From a virus (taxonomy: Duplodnaviria > Caudoviricetes), in IMG/VR virus record IMGVR_UViG_3300017646_000172, positions 1 through 44,262 of that record: a stretch of 44,262 nt of DNA; one strand, 5' to 3'. Below, one piece after another: positions 1 to 9,013 of this stretch. The notes beneath the pieces were generated by a model. That model ran no database searches. It was not told the origin of the DNA and saw only the letters and a program-made list of their open reading frames with translations. Each line of letters begins with the position of its first letter. Within the stretch, counting starts at the first letter, position 1. The position numbers were made by a program, and so were the translations under genes.

Positions 1-1122
1 TCATTCCGCCTTCCGCTCTTTCGGCTTGGTCGATGATTCGTCGCCAGCCGGTTTCATGGCATCCATTGCGGAGCGAATATCCTCGACCATCGCGTGAGCA
101 TACTTGGTTGTCGTCTTGATATCCGAGTGTCCGAGAAGCTTCTGAACAACCTTCAGATTGCTTGCACGTAGGGCGCGGGTTGCTGCCGTGTGTCGCGTGT
201 CGTGGAAGCGGAAGTTCTTCACGCCTGCATCTGCAATCGCTCGGCGCATGGCCGATTTCAGCCCGGACTCAGTGAGCGGATATCGTTGCCCACGAATAAG
301 CCCCGGCTTCTTCAACGTCCGCTTTGCCACGAAGGTAAAAACCTTTGCCTCGTGATGATTGCGCTCTTCCCATAGCAGTTCAAAGACTGCTGATGACATG
401 GGAATAATGCGTTCTTTCTTTCCCTTTCCAAGAACTGTGAATGTCCTACCGAAGAAATCGACCTTATCCCATGATAGGCCGAGTATCTCCATTCGTCGGC
501 AACCAGTGAGAAAAGCAAAACGCACGGCCACATCATAGCCGCGATCTAGCTCACTCATGATCTGGGCTTCTTCGACGTGTGAAGCCTCACGAATGCGCTC
601 GCCATCTTCTTTCAGCAGGTGTTCCGACCAGTCGATAGGGTTTGTCTTAACGCGCCAGACGTTCGCAGCCCGGAGCATGATTTCTCGCAAAGGCTGCGTC
701 ATTGTACGGTTGACGGTAGCTGGCGATATTTTTTGCGGGGTTTTCCTGTTCGGGACCAGTTCGTTCCGGCGCTTTGCTACAAGTTCAGCTACCGTTCTAT
801 CAGTTATCTTACTCAGGCGCGTCCGTCGCCCGATAGCGCTGCTCAACCAATCCAGCGTCCAGAGCGTATTATCCGAGTTGGTATGGTGTTGCCCGACCTC
901 GTGCCAGTATTTGGAAGCCGCGACTTCGAATGTCGGATCGTCTGCGCTGAAAGAGGCTTCTTCTGCCAATTGAAGCTCAGCCTCTTTCTTCTTGGCCTTT
1001 TCTATCTGGCGCGCTTCTCGCTCCGACTTTTTGCCAGTGTTGCCCGAAAATCTACGACCGCGTATCTGGAACTCGTAGGTGTACGTTCCGTCCTTGCTGT
1101 CTTTTCGGATATAGACTGACAT
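1..1122 (-). CDS. int: Tyrosine recombinase / phage integrase
   Basis: Catalytic motifs TGCRRMEI (R), GKGKK (K), FHDTRHT (H-x-x-R), LLGHSD (H), TTKYAH (Y); N-terminal arm-binding beta domain. Confidence 0.96.
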   Translation of the reverse strand: MSVYIRKDSKDGTYTYEFQIRGRRFSGNTGKKSEREARQIEKAKKKEAELQLAEEASFSADDPTFEVAASKYWHEVGQHHTNSDNTLWTLDWLSSAIGRRTRLSKITDRTVAELVAKRRNELVPNRKTPQKISPATVNRTMTQPLREIMLRAANVWRVKTNPIDWSEHLLKEDGERIREASHVEEAQIMSELDRGYDVAVRFAFLTGCRRMEILGLSWDKVDFFGRTFTVLGKGKKERIIPMSSAVFELLWEERNHHEAKVFTFVAKRTLKKPGLIRGQRYPLTESGLKSAMRRAIADAGVKNFRFHDTRHTAATRALRASNLKVVQKLLGHSDIKTTTKYAHAMVEDIRSAMDAMKPAGDESSTKPKERKAE

Positions 1123-1301
1123 TCTGTTTTCTTCCGTTGGTTCTTAAACGCCTCGATATCTACAGGGTCGTAGCGGCGAATTTTCCGCGCTCCTCGACCA
1201 ATGTTAATGAACGGCAGTTCGCCATCGTCTGTCAAATAGATCAGCTGTCGATGGGATATCGAAAGCGCCTCCGCTGCCTGCTCAGGTGTAAGAAGGCTCA
1301 T
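1002..1301 (-). CDS. xis: Excisionase-like helix-turn-helix protein
   Basis: LLTPEQAAEALSIS...GELPFINIG...RRY winged-HTH pattern; AGGAGG RBS; directly upstream of and overlapping int. Confidence 0.85.
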   Translation of the reverse strand: MSLLTPEQAAEALSISHRQLIYLTDDGELPFINIGRGARKIRRYDPVDIEAFKNQRKKTECQSISEKTARTERTPTSSRYAVVDFRATLAKSRSEKRAR

Positions 1302-1328
1302 ATACGCACCTCCTGAATTTTGTGATTT

Positions 1329-1343
1329 GTTCTCTTATTGTTC
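1329..1343. promoter_or_regulatory. Alphaproteobacterial LexA (SOS) box
   Basis: GTTC-TCTTATT-GTTC is an exact GTTC-N7-GTTC in the AT-rich gap between divergent xis and the 1376 gene. Confidence 0.75.
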
Positions 1344-1375
1344 TCAATGTAATACAGCCAGCCTTGGAGGCTGTC

Positions 1376-1645
1376 ATGGGTACATTCAGCACGAACGCGA
1401 CATTGCGAGACTGCAAACGGCACGGATTTTCGCTGACCGCGTATTGTAACGGGTGCCATCACAGCAAAGAGCTTGATATCGATTGGCTGATTGAGAAACT
1501 CGGACCAGATCATGGCGCACTCAGAAAAGACCTTGCGCACAAGCTGCGTTGCTCGGCCTGCGGTGCGAAGAAGGTTCAGCTTCTTTCCTCGCAGATCAAC
1601 ACGTATCGAAAGGGCCTTTCCAAAAATCCTTGGGGCGGAACGTGA
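1376..1645 (+). CDS. Small zinc-binding protein (two CxxC), opposite strand to its neighbours
   Basis: GGAGG RBS before ATG 1376; CNGC...CSAC motifs. Confidence 0.8.
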   Translation: MGTFSTNATLRDCKRHGFSLTAYCNGCHHSKELDIDWLIEKLGPDHGALRKDLAHKLRCSACGAKKVQLLSSQINTYRKGLSKNPWGGT

Positions 1646-1650
1646 CATCC

Positions 1651-1890
1651 TCACTCCCTTTCCCGCAGTGTGTCCCTGCTCGTGACCGTCAGCTTATGCC
1701 CTGGTGCTTTGACGGCGATGGGCAGCCCCATGAACTCGTCTGGCCGGTTGGCTGAGATGGTCATTTCGCTGAACTGAGCCTCATATCGCAAAGCGTCATA
1801 ATCAGGAGGGGACAATTCAATCTGTACCGGTTCGCGTTCAGATGAACGGATAGAGTAAATCTGCTCGATAATTTGGTCTTTGACGTGCAT
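1651..1890 (-). CDS. Hypothetical phage protein
   Basis: Tightly packed in the leftward operon; ends TLRERE. Confidence 0.7.
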   Translation of the reverse strand: MHVKDQIIEQIYSIRSSEREPVQIELSPPDYDALRYEAQFSEMTISANRPDEFMGLPIAVKAPGHKLTVTSRDTLRERE

Positions 1891-1912
1891 TTCTATTCCC
1901 TTTCCCGCAGTG
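1655..1912. repeat. 16-bp direct repeat TCCCTTTCCCGCAGTG (1655-1670 and 1897-1912)
   Basis: Exact repeat encoding LRER at the ends of two adjacent genes. Confidence 0.9.
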
Positions 1913-2120
1913 CGGTGCGGCTATACGGCGGGATATACTTGTCGCCGTAGATCGCGGCTAGAACCACCTCATTAGCGAAATCGACTGCTGCCTTTGGCTG
2001 TTGCTGCATGATCGACCTAAAGAAGTTCGGGTTCGCGCAGATGCCAGACAGGGCCGCGTTGAATATGGCGCGGTAGCCTTCATGGTTGCTGTCCCATTCG
2101 GTTGAAAACTCGGCTTCCAT
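1893..2120 (-). CDS. Hypothetical phage protein
   Basis: Packed ORF; ends ALRERE. Confidence 0.7.
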   Translation of the reverse strand: MEAEFSTEWDSNHEGYRAIFNAALSGICANPNFFRSIMQQQPKAAVDFANEVVLAAIYGDKYIPPYSRTALRERE

Positions 2121-2384
2121 CTACTCACCGCCTTTCAGGGCTTGGCGACCAGGACGGAATGAATATCCGACTTTGGTTAGCCTGCCTTTGTCGTTTTCTC
2201 CAAAGTAGATAACCTGCGCTCCGCCCCACCACATTTGATCGCGGAGTTGTGGCTCTGCATCTGCCGGTTCGGCATAAACGCAAATCTCATCGTCATGGCG
2301 ATCCATGACATGATAGCGAATAACCTGCTTTCCGCTTTCCAAAGTGACAGGCATTTTCTCGATGATGTAACCGCCGCCGCTCAT
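2121..2384 (-). CDS. Hypothetical phage protein
   Basis: Abuts neighbours, ATGA overlap with upstream gene. Confidence 0.7.
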   Translation of the reverse strand: MSGGGYIIEKMPVTLESGKQVIRYHVMDRHDDEICVYAEPADAEPQLRDQMWWGGAQVIYFGENDKGRLTKVGYSFRPGRQALKGGE

Positions 2385-2620
2385 TCTGCCTGCCCCCCAA
2401 GTGCGGAGGCGGCGAGAACTTGCTGATATTCAGCCCAAGTTCTGCGTCCCCAATTTGCGGATACTACAAGCTGCATCCCCTCTGTCGGCTCCTGTAGAGC
2501 GGCGAGGATGGTGGAGAGGATGCGATCTGCCATATTGAATGGGATTGTTGCTAACCCACGAGCGCAATCCGCGTGGATGATGTGAGCAATTCCATCTCGC
2601 AATGCTTCCTTACTAGCCAT
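2381..2620 (-). CDS. Hypothetical phage protein
   Basis: AAGGAGG RBS; packed ORF. Confidence 0.7.
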   Translation of the reverse strand: MASKEALRDGIAHIIHADCARGLATIPFNMADRILSTILAALQEPTEGMQLVVSANWGRRTWAEYQQVLAASALGGQAE

Positions 2621-2732
2621 GGCTGGCCTCCTTTGCGTTTAGGCTCAGGTAAATGACAGCGGCCAATGACAGGCCGACGGCCACGCCGCTAGTGAACAAG
2701 CCGATAAGGCTGATGATCAGAATGTTGCTCAC
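2613..2732 (-). CDS. 39-aa single-pass membrane protein (below ORF-track cutoff)
   Basis: GTG start after AAGGAGG; [39 protein letters not shown]; fills the gap between neighbours. Confidence 0.65.
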   Translation of the reverse strand: MSNILIISLIGLFTSGVAVGLSLAAVIYLSLNAKEASHG

Positions 2733-2753
2733 GGCTTGCTGGCCTCCTTTGCG
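2622..2753. repeat. 16-bp direct repeat GCTGGCCTCCTTTGCG (2622-2637 and 2738-2753)
   Basis: Exact repeat; contains the AAGGAGG RBS on the minus strand. Confidence 0.9.
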
Positions 2754-3109
2754 CGCAAGAGGGCGATCAGAAGGGCGATGGCGGGGTTAATTCCCCACGA
2801 CACATGGTTGTCCGTCAGAGATGCACGCCATTGATGATTGCTGTCGAATGCGATCCGATTGATCCAAACGCGTTCGTTTGGCAACACTCTCTCAGCCAGC
2901 GCGATAGCGGCGTCTACAGAGGCGGTGTAGGCAGGTGGAAGCGGCAAATCAGGCCCATCGGTGAAATAAACCCACGGCTCGCCATCGTCGTTATAAACGA
3001 TGTTTTGGATGCGATCTTTCGGCCAGAAGTCCGTTGCCAACGCGATGGCTACATCCATCGTGTACCGAGGCCCGGTTAGTTTGGATAGGCGGCCGATGAG
3101 TGCGCTCAT
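2729..3109 (-). CDS. Hypothetical phage protein (possibly ABA-sandwich-like)
   Basis: P-x-Y-T-A-S-V-D-A-A-I-A-L and P-A-I-A-L-L-I-A-L-L motifs typical of a widespread phage family. Confidence 0.7.
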   Translation of the reverse strand: MSALIGRLSKLTGPRYTMDVAIALATDFWPKDRIQNIVYNDDGEPWVYFTDGPDLPLPPAYTASVDAAIALAERVLPNERVWINRIAFDSNHQWRASLTDNHVSWGINPAIALLIALLRAKEASKP

Positions 3110-3294
3110 GCTAATGCCTCCTTGGCAGACAGAAGCTTCATGCCTGGCACTGGAAGGACACGAATTGGCCCTTCCGAAAGTGCTTCGATCATCGGTAAAA
3201 GCATCTGCATATAATCTTGGTTGAGCACTACGACGCCGAAAGAACCATCGGACAGTTCAACCGCGATCTGTGCGATTTTCAGGTTGGACCTCAT
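3106..3294 (-). CDS. Hypothetical phage protein
   Basis: Overlapping start/stop with both neighbours. Confidence 0.6.
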   Translation of the reverse strand: MRSNLKIAQIAVELSDGSFGVVVLNQDYMQMLLPMIEALSEGPIRVLPVPGMKLLSAKEALA

Positions 3295-4046
3295 GACGGC
3301 TTCCCTCCCAGCACGGCGCGGGCAATGTCGCGAAGTTCTTCCGGGAATGAAAGTTCAATCTTGGCGATCATGGTCAGCGCCTTTTCAGCAGCCGCGAGCT
3401 TCTCCTCCAAGGAGTCTATTGTCTTCTCGTAACCTTCCTTACGATTTTCATACTCTTCGTGGTATGTTTCGAGCTTGGCTTCGAGTTCAGCCTTATCGCT
3501 AGCGTAACCCAGAGCCTCAGCTTCCGTGTCGTTACAGAGTTTCTCCAACTCCTTAATCCGCGCATCCTGCGCCGCGTTGTCGGCTTCGGCCTTCTCCGCG
3601 CGTTCCTGCCACTCCTTGTCAACTACGCCCACTTGTTCCAGTTTTTCAGTCAGGTATTCTGGGGATGTTAACTCCTCAATCCGCGCATCCTTCGCCGCCA
3701 ATAGCTCCACAGCCTGCGAGCGGGTGCCAGCAAGAAGATCGTTGATGAGCTTTTCGACCAGATCGTATTGCTCTTTATGAGCGGTCGGGTTTGGGGAAAA
3801 TTCCCATGTGTAGCGATGTATCGCATCGACAATGGTGCAAGCCGTGTCTCGCGGCGTCTTCACCAGTCCCGTATCTGTAGCGGCAGGCGCGGGGCGGGTG
3901 TTCATGGCGTCAACAATTTGCTTGGCTTTATGTGTTTTCATCGTTGCAACCATTGCGCCATGATCGTCATAGACCCACGAATAGGCGTCTTCACCTTCTG
4001 GGCCGTACTGAATATCATACTTCCAAGGCTTCAGTTCACTCTCCAT
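3291..4046 (-). CDS. Mosaic coiled-coil phage protein
   Basis: AGGAGG RBS before ATG 4046; heptad-rich C-terminal half; internal 21/22-nt repeat at 3547-3568 and 3670-3691 (DARIxEL). Confidence 0.7.
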   Translation of the reverse strand: MESELKPWKYDIQYGPEGEDAYSWVYDDHGAMVATMKTHKAKQIVDAMNTRPAPAATDTGLVKTPRDTACTIVDAIHRYTWEFSPNPTAHKEQYDLVEKLINDLLAGTRSQAVELLAAKDARIEELTSPEYLTEKLEQVGVVDKEWQERAEKAEADNAAQDARIKELEKLCNDTEAEALGYASDKAELEAKLETYHEEYENRKEGYEKTIDSLEEKLAAAEKALTMIAKIELSFPEELRDIARAVLGGKPS

Positions 4047-4956
4047 GACGGTCGCCTCCTGATGGGTGGGTGGATCCCGGTGAGGATGGAAGGGCTTCGA
4101 AGCGACCATCTTCAAATTCTAACCTTGGACGTACCCAGATCGCGCCATCATCTACACTGCGATAGATGGCGACTTCTTCCATATCTATGGACTGATCAAA
4201 GCCTTCTCGGCTTACCTGCCAATTGTCGGCCTGCATTTTTCCGATGCCGATCAGCGAATAATCAGTGCCGCGCTTCCTATGCCGGTGCGTCGGCATCCAC
4301 CCATCCCCCTCGACCTTACCGGCGTCGGCATGGTCCGGGGAGGATAGGGCGCGGATCGCGGCGGCTGCATCTGCGAACAAGTCTTGTGCAGCTTCAATAT
4401 CGACAATATCGAAGGTGCCGCCTTCTTCGGTGTCCATTGAACCTTCATATTGAAGGCCAGCATCAAGGCGTTCCAGTAGCTCTTTCAGGTCGCCTTCCTC
4501 CAGCACAGCCGCTCTGCCAGCGGATGGCTCTAGGGTGGACAGGATGTGATTTTCCGTTGCTTTCATCACCCACCAATCTAGGCAGTCATGGACCGTAATT
4601 GTCTGTCCACGGACCCCAGAAGTAGCTTTTCGCATAGCTTTAGCTGCCGCATCTATGATTACTTCATAGTCATCTTCACCCAACGTCTTCACCTTCACCC
4701 CTTGCACGGGGAGGAAGGGGATAGCATCAGTGACAACCAAGTCTCCAAGCTGAAAGGCTGAACTTAAAGCCTGAAAGTAAGCTTCGCGGTCGTCAGCATC
4801 GTTCGATTTGAAAGCCTTCTTACGCAAATCGTTGATCTTGGTGGCAAGCTCCGTCTTTTCACTCGCCATCCAAACTTTCAAACGGTCTTTCCCGCGCAAT
4901 TGGCGCTGTACGGCTTCTTCCGGTAGGGTGGTCATGGCTTGTGCGTCCACCATCAC
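4036..4956 (-). CDS. Mosaic early phage protein; C-terminal domain DUF1653-like
   Basis: AAGGAG RBS; PTHRHRKRGTDY...VAIYRS.DDG.IWVRP..EFEDGRF C-terminal motif. Confidence 0.7.
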   Translation of the reverse strand: MMVDAQAMTTLPEEAVQRQLRGKDRLKVWMASEKTELATKINDLRKKAFKSNDADDREAYFQALSSAFQLGDLVVTDAIPFLPVQGVKVKTLGEDDYEVIIDAAAKAMRKATSGVRGQTITVHDCLDWWVMKATENHILSTLEPSAGRAAVLEEGDLKELLERLDAGLQYEGSMDTEEGGTFDIVDIEAAQDLFADAAAAIRALSSPDHADAGKVEGDGWMPTHRHRKRGTDYSLIGIGKMQADNWQVSREGFDQSIDMEEVAIYRSVDDGAIWVRPRLEFEDGRFEALPSSPGSTHPSGGDRHGE

Positions 4957-5162
4957 CGCAACTCCTTCATCGCAGCGACGAAATCAATGATCGGGTCAAG
5001 ATCGATGCGCGCTTCCGATCCATCATCGAGGATCATAAACAGCGTATTGCCTTCGCAGCGGTGCAGTGATGCATCTTCATCGAAATAATCGGACACGTTA
5101 TCAAGCTGGCACTTTGCTCGAAAAATCAGGTCTTCGTAGTCAATCATCTGGGTCAGTTTCAT
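4953..5162 (-). CDS. Small acidic hypothetical protein
   Basis: Overlapping start/stop with neighbours. Confidence 0.65.
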   Translation of the reverse strand: MKLTQMIDYEDLIFRAKCQLDNVSDYFDEDASLHRCEGNTLFMILDDGSEARIDLDPIIDFVAAMKELR

Positions 5163-5569
5163 GATGAAATACCTTCGCTAACAGGGCGACCGAATATGTC
5201 GCGCTTACGGGGAGGGAGGGGTTTTGTGAGGCGTTTTGGCTGCTTGTCCTTGGTGGCAAGCTTTGAAGACGGCGATTTGATACCCAGGTGTTTATCCTGC
5301 TGCCGGTTCACCTTGGCACGCACAGTGGCTTCAGCCTTGGTCTTGGCCGTGTGCTCTTCCTTGCAAATCGCATGGAGATTGCTTTCGCGATGCTCTCCGC
5401 CTAGCCAGAGCGCGACCTTGTGATCGAATTCCGGTTTGTTGCCGGGGCCGAATGGCTTACTCGACAATGCACAACAGCCACCCTGACGGTTTACGATCCG
5501 ACGCTTTACTGCATCAGGGATAGCAGCATCGTCGTTCTTGCCGATCCATTCCTTAACGGTGCGGGCCAT
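5159..5569 (-). CDS. HNH endonuclease
   Basis: EFDHKVALWLGGEHRESNLHAICKEEH HNH motif. Confidence 0.88.
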   Translation of the reverse strand: MARTVKEWIGKNDDAAIPDAVKRRIVNRQGGCCALSSKPFGPGNKPEFDHKVALWLGGEHRESNLHAICKEEHTAKTKAEATVRAKVNRQQDKHLGIKSPSSKLATKDKQPKRLTKPLPPRKRDIFGRPVSEGISS

Positions 5570-6756
5570 TAGTTCGCCTCCGGCAGATCATTGATCTGTT
5601 CCGCGCTGAGCTTCGACAGGTTGGCAACGCGCCATTTGTCAAATTCCTCATCGTTCTGCATGACTTGAGACAAGAAGATTGACACAGCATCGACACGACC
5701 GAGGGTAGGTTTATCAACCCATGACGGTGCGTTCTGTTTGATGCCACGATACTGGTCACGCATAACGTCCAGATCGCCGCCGATCATTGCCGAGGCGATA
5801 AGCATGTTGACCGAGTTCAGTACCCATGCATCGGCGTCAGTATCGGTAAAGGAAGGTTCAGACGCACCCTGTTCGCCCGCATCCGGCTCGCTGGCTGGCG
5901 TTTCAGGTTCCGGCGGCACATTGTTCGTCTGGGCCGTTGCCGGTTCTGCTGAGAACGGGTTTTCAATCTTGGCGTGATCCGAAATAGCCTTGACGGTTCC
6001 GATGAACATTTCTTCAACGGTCGCTTCACCATTCTTCAAAGCCGAATACATGCCGCGCAGTGTCGCGATATGATCGACAGTGATGTCTTCCTCGCCCTGA
6101 ACGCCAAGCGATGCAAAAATCTGATCGGGCTTCACACCGAATGCTGCCAGAGCTTTGAAAGCCTTTTCACGGTTTTCGGATAGCGTGGTGATGTCGCCAG
6201 TGATGGTTGCCTGAACCATGTCATAGGCTTTGCGCCACAGAGGTTTAGGAACGCCAGCAAGGATCGCGTTGCGCATGGCTATAGAGCAGGCCGCATTGCC
6301 GGTGACGATAATCATGTCATCCTTGAACACGCGGCCGGCTCTGTCAGTGATGCGGCGACGAACACGCGCAGTTGATGCGGCGTTTGTTTCCAGATCGTGG
6401 AATACGCCTTCTGCTTCGATGTATCCTTCCGTCTTATCAACGTGGACAACGCGAGCGGCAGCGCGGCAATTGCCGTATGATTGCTTCAGTATCTCAGCAA
6501 ATCGGATCGATGGGCCACGGATAGGCTTGCCGCCGCGAGGAAGGGCATAGATGCATTCTTCCGCACTTTCCTCATCCAGTGTTGCCATACCAAGAATGTT
6601 CGACTGTACGCGCTTCAATGAGCGCGGGAACGCATGGGCTGTCGATACCAGTTGGTCGATTTCGGCTTTCTGTAACTGCACAGCCATACTCGTTGAAGCT
6701 AGAGCTGTTGTTTCTTCAAAAACTTCGCCGTCCTGGGTGATAATTTCTTGGTTCAT
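5569..6756 (-). CDS. Putative ssDNA-annealing/recombination protein (RecT-position partner of the exonuclease)
   Basis: Directly downstream of a RecE-like nuclease; AHAFPRS...YALPRGGKPIRGPSIRFAE core, acidic low-complexity linker; function inferred from position. Confidence 0.6.
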   Translation of the reverse strand: MNQEIITQDGEVFEETTALASTSMAVQLQKAEIDQLVSTAHAFPRSLKRVQSNILGMATLDEESAEECIYALPRGGKPIRGPSIRFAEILKQSYGNCRAAARVVHVDKTEGYIEAEGVFHDLETNAASTARVRRRITDRAGRVFKDDMIIVTGNAACSIAMRNAILAGVPKPLWRKAYDMVQATITGDITTLSENREKAFKALAAFGVKPDQIFASLGVQGEEDITVDHIATLRGMYSALKNGEATVEEMFIGTVKAISDHAKIENPFSAEPATAQTNNVPPEPETPASEPDAGEQGASEPSFTDTDADAWVLNSVNMLIASAMIGGDLDVMRDQYRGIKQNAPSWVDKPTLGRVDAVSIFLSQVMQNDEEFDKWRVANLSKLSAEQINDLPEAN

Positions 6757-6757
6757 T

Positions 6758-7705
6758 TCAGGCTCCGATAAGCTTCTGCTGGTACCAAACCGGAAAATCC
6801 GTTTCCGTGGCTTCTTCAAGTGGTGTGGATGGCACCCATGCCGTGTCGGTACCGAACTCGCCCATGAAAAGGCGGTAGTTCTCGACGGCTTGGGCGATAC
6901 GTTCGGCGGCTCTGTCGAACAGTGGGTTGCCCGGTGACAGCATTATACCGTGCGATATCGGCGCGCCCTTCTTCTGCCAGAACACGAATACGAAGGCGAA
7001 AACCGGGTTGCTGACTACCTTGGAAAGCCATTCCTCTTGACATGCCGGCAGACCGAAAACCTTCCCGGCCCGGAATAGTCCCTTCATCTGGCGGCGACCG
7101 TCCGAATAATGGCCGGCGGAAACGATATAGTCGTAGCTGGCCATCGCATCCCGGCAGGCTTGCTTGAACTCTTTATCGCTCCGGTTCTCGATAGACTTCA
7201 GATCGACAATCGAATTGATCTGGAGATAATCGAAGCGAGCTTTGTAGCGGATGCCGTTCACGGTCCAGAACACCGAGACTTCCGGCTGTCCACCTTCGAA
7301 TGCCCGCGCCAGCGTCTTGTTGGCCTTGATGAAGGCCGATGCCGCAAGGATTTTCGAATAGTCCTTGAACTTCACCGGCACCTTACCGGCGGCTACAATC
7401 GCTGCGATTTCATCCTTCCCGGCCTTGACGTTACCTGGGTTCACATATGCCGCGTGGTTCTCCTTGAACTTCTCCACGCCTTCGAGAACGCACATGTGAA
7501 GCTGGCGACCGAATATCTTAGCCGGGGTGTCGTCGTCATCGTCACGGGCCGGGTTCATCGGGCTATCCCACCAGAAATCCGGTGCGTTGCCGATGAGCTT
7601 TTTCAGACCCGTTGAACCAAGGGCAGGATCAGCGTGATATTCCTCGTCAGACATACCGAAGTAGATGCCGTCCTCATGCAAGGTGTCAGTCACGATCACC
7701 TCCAC
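6758..7705 (-). CDS. PD-(D/E)XK exonuclease, RecE/exonuclease VIII C-terminal-like (DUF3799)
   Basis: GIY.GMSDEEYHA.PALGSTGLK N-terminus; EVSVFW...KARFD...IVDLKS catalytic motif. Confidence 0.88.
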   Translation of the reverse strand: MEVIVTDTLHEDGIYFGMSDEEYHADPALGSTGLKKLIGNAPDFWWDSPMNPARDDDDDTPAKIFGRQLHMCVLEGVEKFKENHAAYVNPGNVKAGKDEIAAIVAAGKVPVKFKDYSKILAASAFIKANKTLARAFEGGQPEVSVFWTVNGIRYKARFDYLQINSIVDLKSIENRSDKEFKQACRDAMASYDYIVSAGHYSDGRRQMKGLFRAGKVFGLPACQEEWLSKVVSNPVFAFVFVFWQKKGAPISHGIMLSPGNPLFDRAAERIAQAVENYRLFMGEFGTDTAWVPSTPLEEATETDFPVWYQQKLIGA

Positions 7706-7898
7706 GCTTCAAAACCCGCATAAACCGCTTGAGCAAAGACTGCTGTGCATTCCCGTGCGCGGTCTGGATTTTGCGAAGCTGCTTGTTCACGATCTTTTCG
7801 CAGTCGGAGCAGATGTCGCGGATATCGTCGGTCCGATAGATTTCTCGGACTTCGTTAACGTAAGCCGAATGCTCATTGCAGATGTCGCACCTAGGCAT
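7686..7898 (-). CDS. Small zinc-finger protein
   Basis: CDIC...CSDC; GGAGG RBS. Confidence 0.7.
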   Translation of the reverse strand: MPRCDICNEHSAYVNEVREIYRTDDIRDICSDCEKIVNKQLRKIQTAHGNAQQSLLKRFMRVLKRGGDRD

Positions 7899-8121
7899 AA
7901 TTGCCTCCGCGTGCTCGTATCATTGCATCGGCCATCGCGTAGCATTTGTGAGCTAGAGCATCTGCGTCTGAGCCGTGGTCTGTAACTGGCCATCCAGCTA
8001 GTGCTTGACCTGCGAAGTAATCGCGGAGGTCCATGCCATCCTGTTCATAATTCCCACCGAGGGACGTTTCAGCCATAGGGCGAGGAAACGCCGGTCCACC
8101 TGTCTCTATCTTCGACATCAC
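7891..8121 (-). CDS. Conserved small phage protein
   Basis: GGPAFP...GMDLRDYFAGQALAG...YAMADAMI motif of a very common phage family. Confidence 0.85.
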   Translation of the reverse strand: MMSKIETGGPAFPRPMAETSLGGNYEQDGMDLRDYFAGQALAGWPVTDHGSDADALAHKCYAMADAMIRARGGNYA

Positions 8122-8330
8122 GCGGCCTCCGGCTTGCGGAACGTGTAGGCTTCAAAGTCGTCTGACTTAGGAAGTCGGTTGAATACATCGGTGTCACCGT
8201 AAGCCGTAATCTCAAGCGACCCGGCGTCAGTAGTGATGCGGATTTCGTGCATGTTGCCGTTTTCGATGAATGTCCGGCAGAGTTCGATCTTCTGGACACC
8301 GTGCAAGGTGATTTCTGCTGTCTTGCTCAC
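8118..8330 (-). CDS. Hypothetical phage protein
   Basis: Packed ORF with RBS. Confidence 0.65.
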   Translation of the reverse strand: MSKTAEITLHGVQKIELCRTFIENGNMHEIRITTDAGSLEITAYGDTDVFNRLPKSDDFEAYTFRKPEAA

Positions 8331-8331
8331 A

Positions 8332-8529
8332 TCACTCTCCCGAAAAATCTGCCAGCCCGGCTTCCAGAGCGCGGACGTATTCAGCGTTCTCGGCTGCTAG
8401 TTCGCTCTGCATCTGGATTGCTGTCTGGATTACCTGTTGCGTGAACCGATCCGGCTTCTGTCTGTCGTGGCCGGATACGTGGATTGTCTGGGCGCGGGGC
8501 TTGCCGCTTACTTGGATGATGGTAGTCAT
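8332..8529 (-). CDS. Hypothetical phage protein
   Basis: Packed ORF, ATGA overlap. Confidence 0.55.
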   Translation of the reverse strand: MTTIIQVSGKPRAQTIHVSGHDRQKPDRFTQQVIQTAIQMQSELAAENAEYVRALEAGLADFSGE

Positions 8530-8906
8530 GCGGCCCTCGCTCGTATCTCGAAGCCTTTGAAGCGTTCGTCGTACTCACCTTCTAAAACCCGGAAGATGGT
8601 TTCATGATCGCCAGAGCGCAGCATGGGCTCAATCATCGGCCAGAGCGTTTCACTGGCGTAAAGGCTCGTCCCATCGTGCCAGCATGGCTGACCAATTACT
8701 GGGCAGTTGATGTGGTCCGGGGCTTCATCGCAACGGTAACCAGAGGATGCCGCATGGTGAAATTCCATACCGGCAGAAGGGCCATATCCTTCGGTAATCG
8801 ATACATGGAAGTGAACGCCGCCCATCGGGCCTACGAGTTCCCAACAATGGCGAGCCGAACCGAATGGCTTGGTCCATGTGTATTTGTGGTGACGGAAACG
8901 GGACAT
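8526..8906 (-). CDS. Hypothetical His/Cys-rich phage protein
   Basis: GAGG RBS before ATG 8906; HINCPVIGQPCWHDGTSLYA motif. Confidence 0.7.
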   Translation of the reverse strand: MSRFRHHKYTWTKPFGSARHCWELVGPMGGVHFHVSITEGYGPSAGMEFHHAASSGYRCDEAPDHINCPVIGQPCWHDGTSLYASETLWPMIEPMLRSGDHETIFRVLEGEYDERFKGFEIRARAA

Positions 8907-8914
8907 AACGAGCC

Positions 8915-9013
8915 TCACACTTTCTCGGCCAGACACACGGCCCATACTGCAAACGTTGCGATGAAGGTTGAAACGGCTACAAAGGATGCGATGTCGGTGA
9001 TCAGGTCACGCAT
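8915..9013 (-). CDS. 32-aa hydrophobic peptide
   Basis: MRDLITDIASFVAVSTFIATFAVWAVCLAEKV fills the inter-gene gap; GGAG RBS. Confidence 0.55.
   Translation of the reverse strand: MRDLITDIASFVAVSTFIATFAVWAVCLAEKV

Noticed and set aside
748-762. Second GTTC-N7-GTTC
   Set aside because: Lies inside the integrase coding sequence; about one chance hit is expected in a window this size
1651-2753. CRISPR-like or integron array
   Set aside because: Repeats come as two different pairs, lie within coding ends and bracket whole genes; no cas genes or attC-like structure
3768-4598. 276-aa plus-strand ORF
   Set aside because: Arg-rich shadow opposite two credible minus-strand genes
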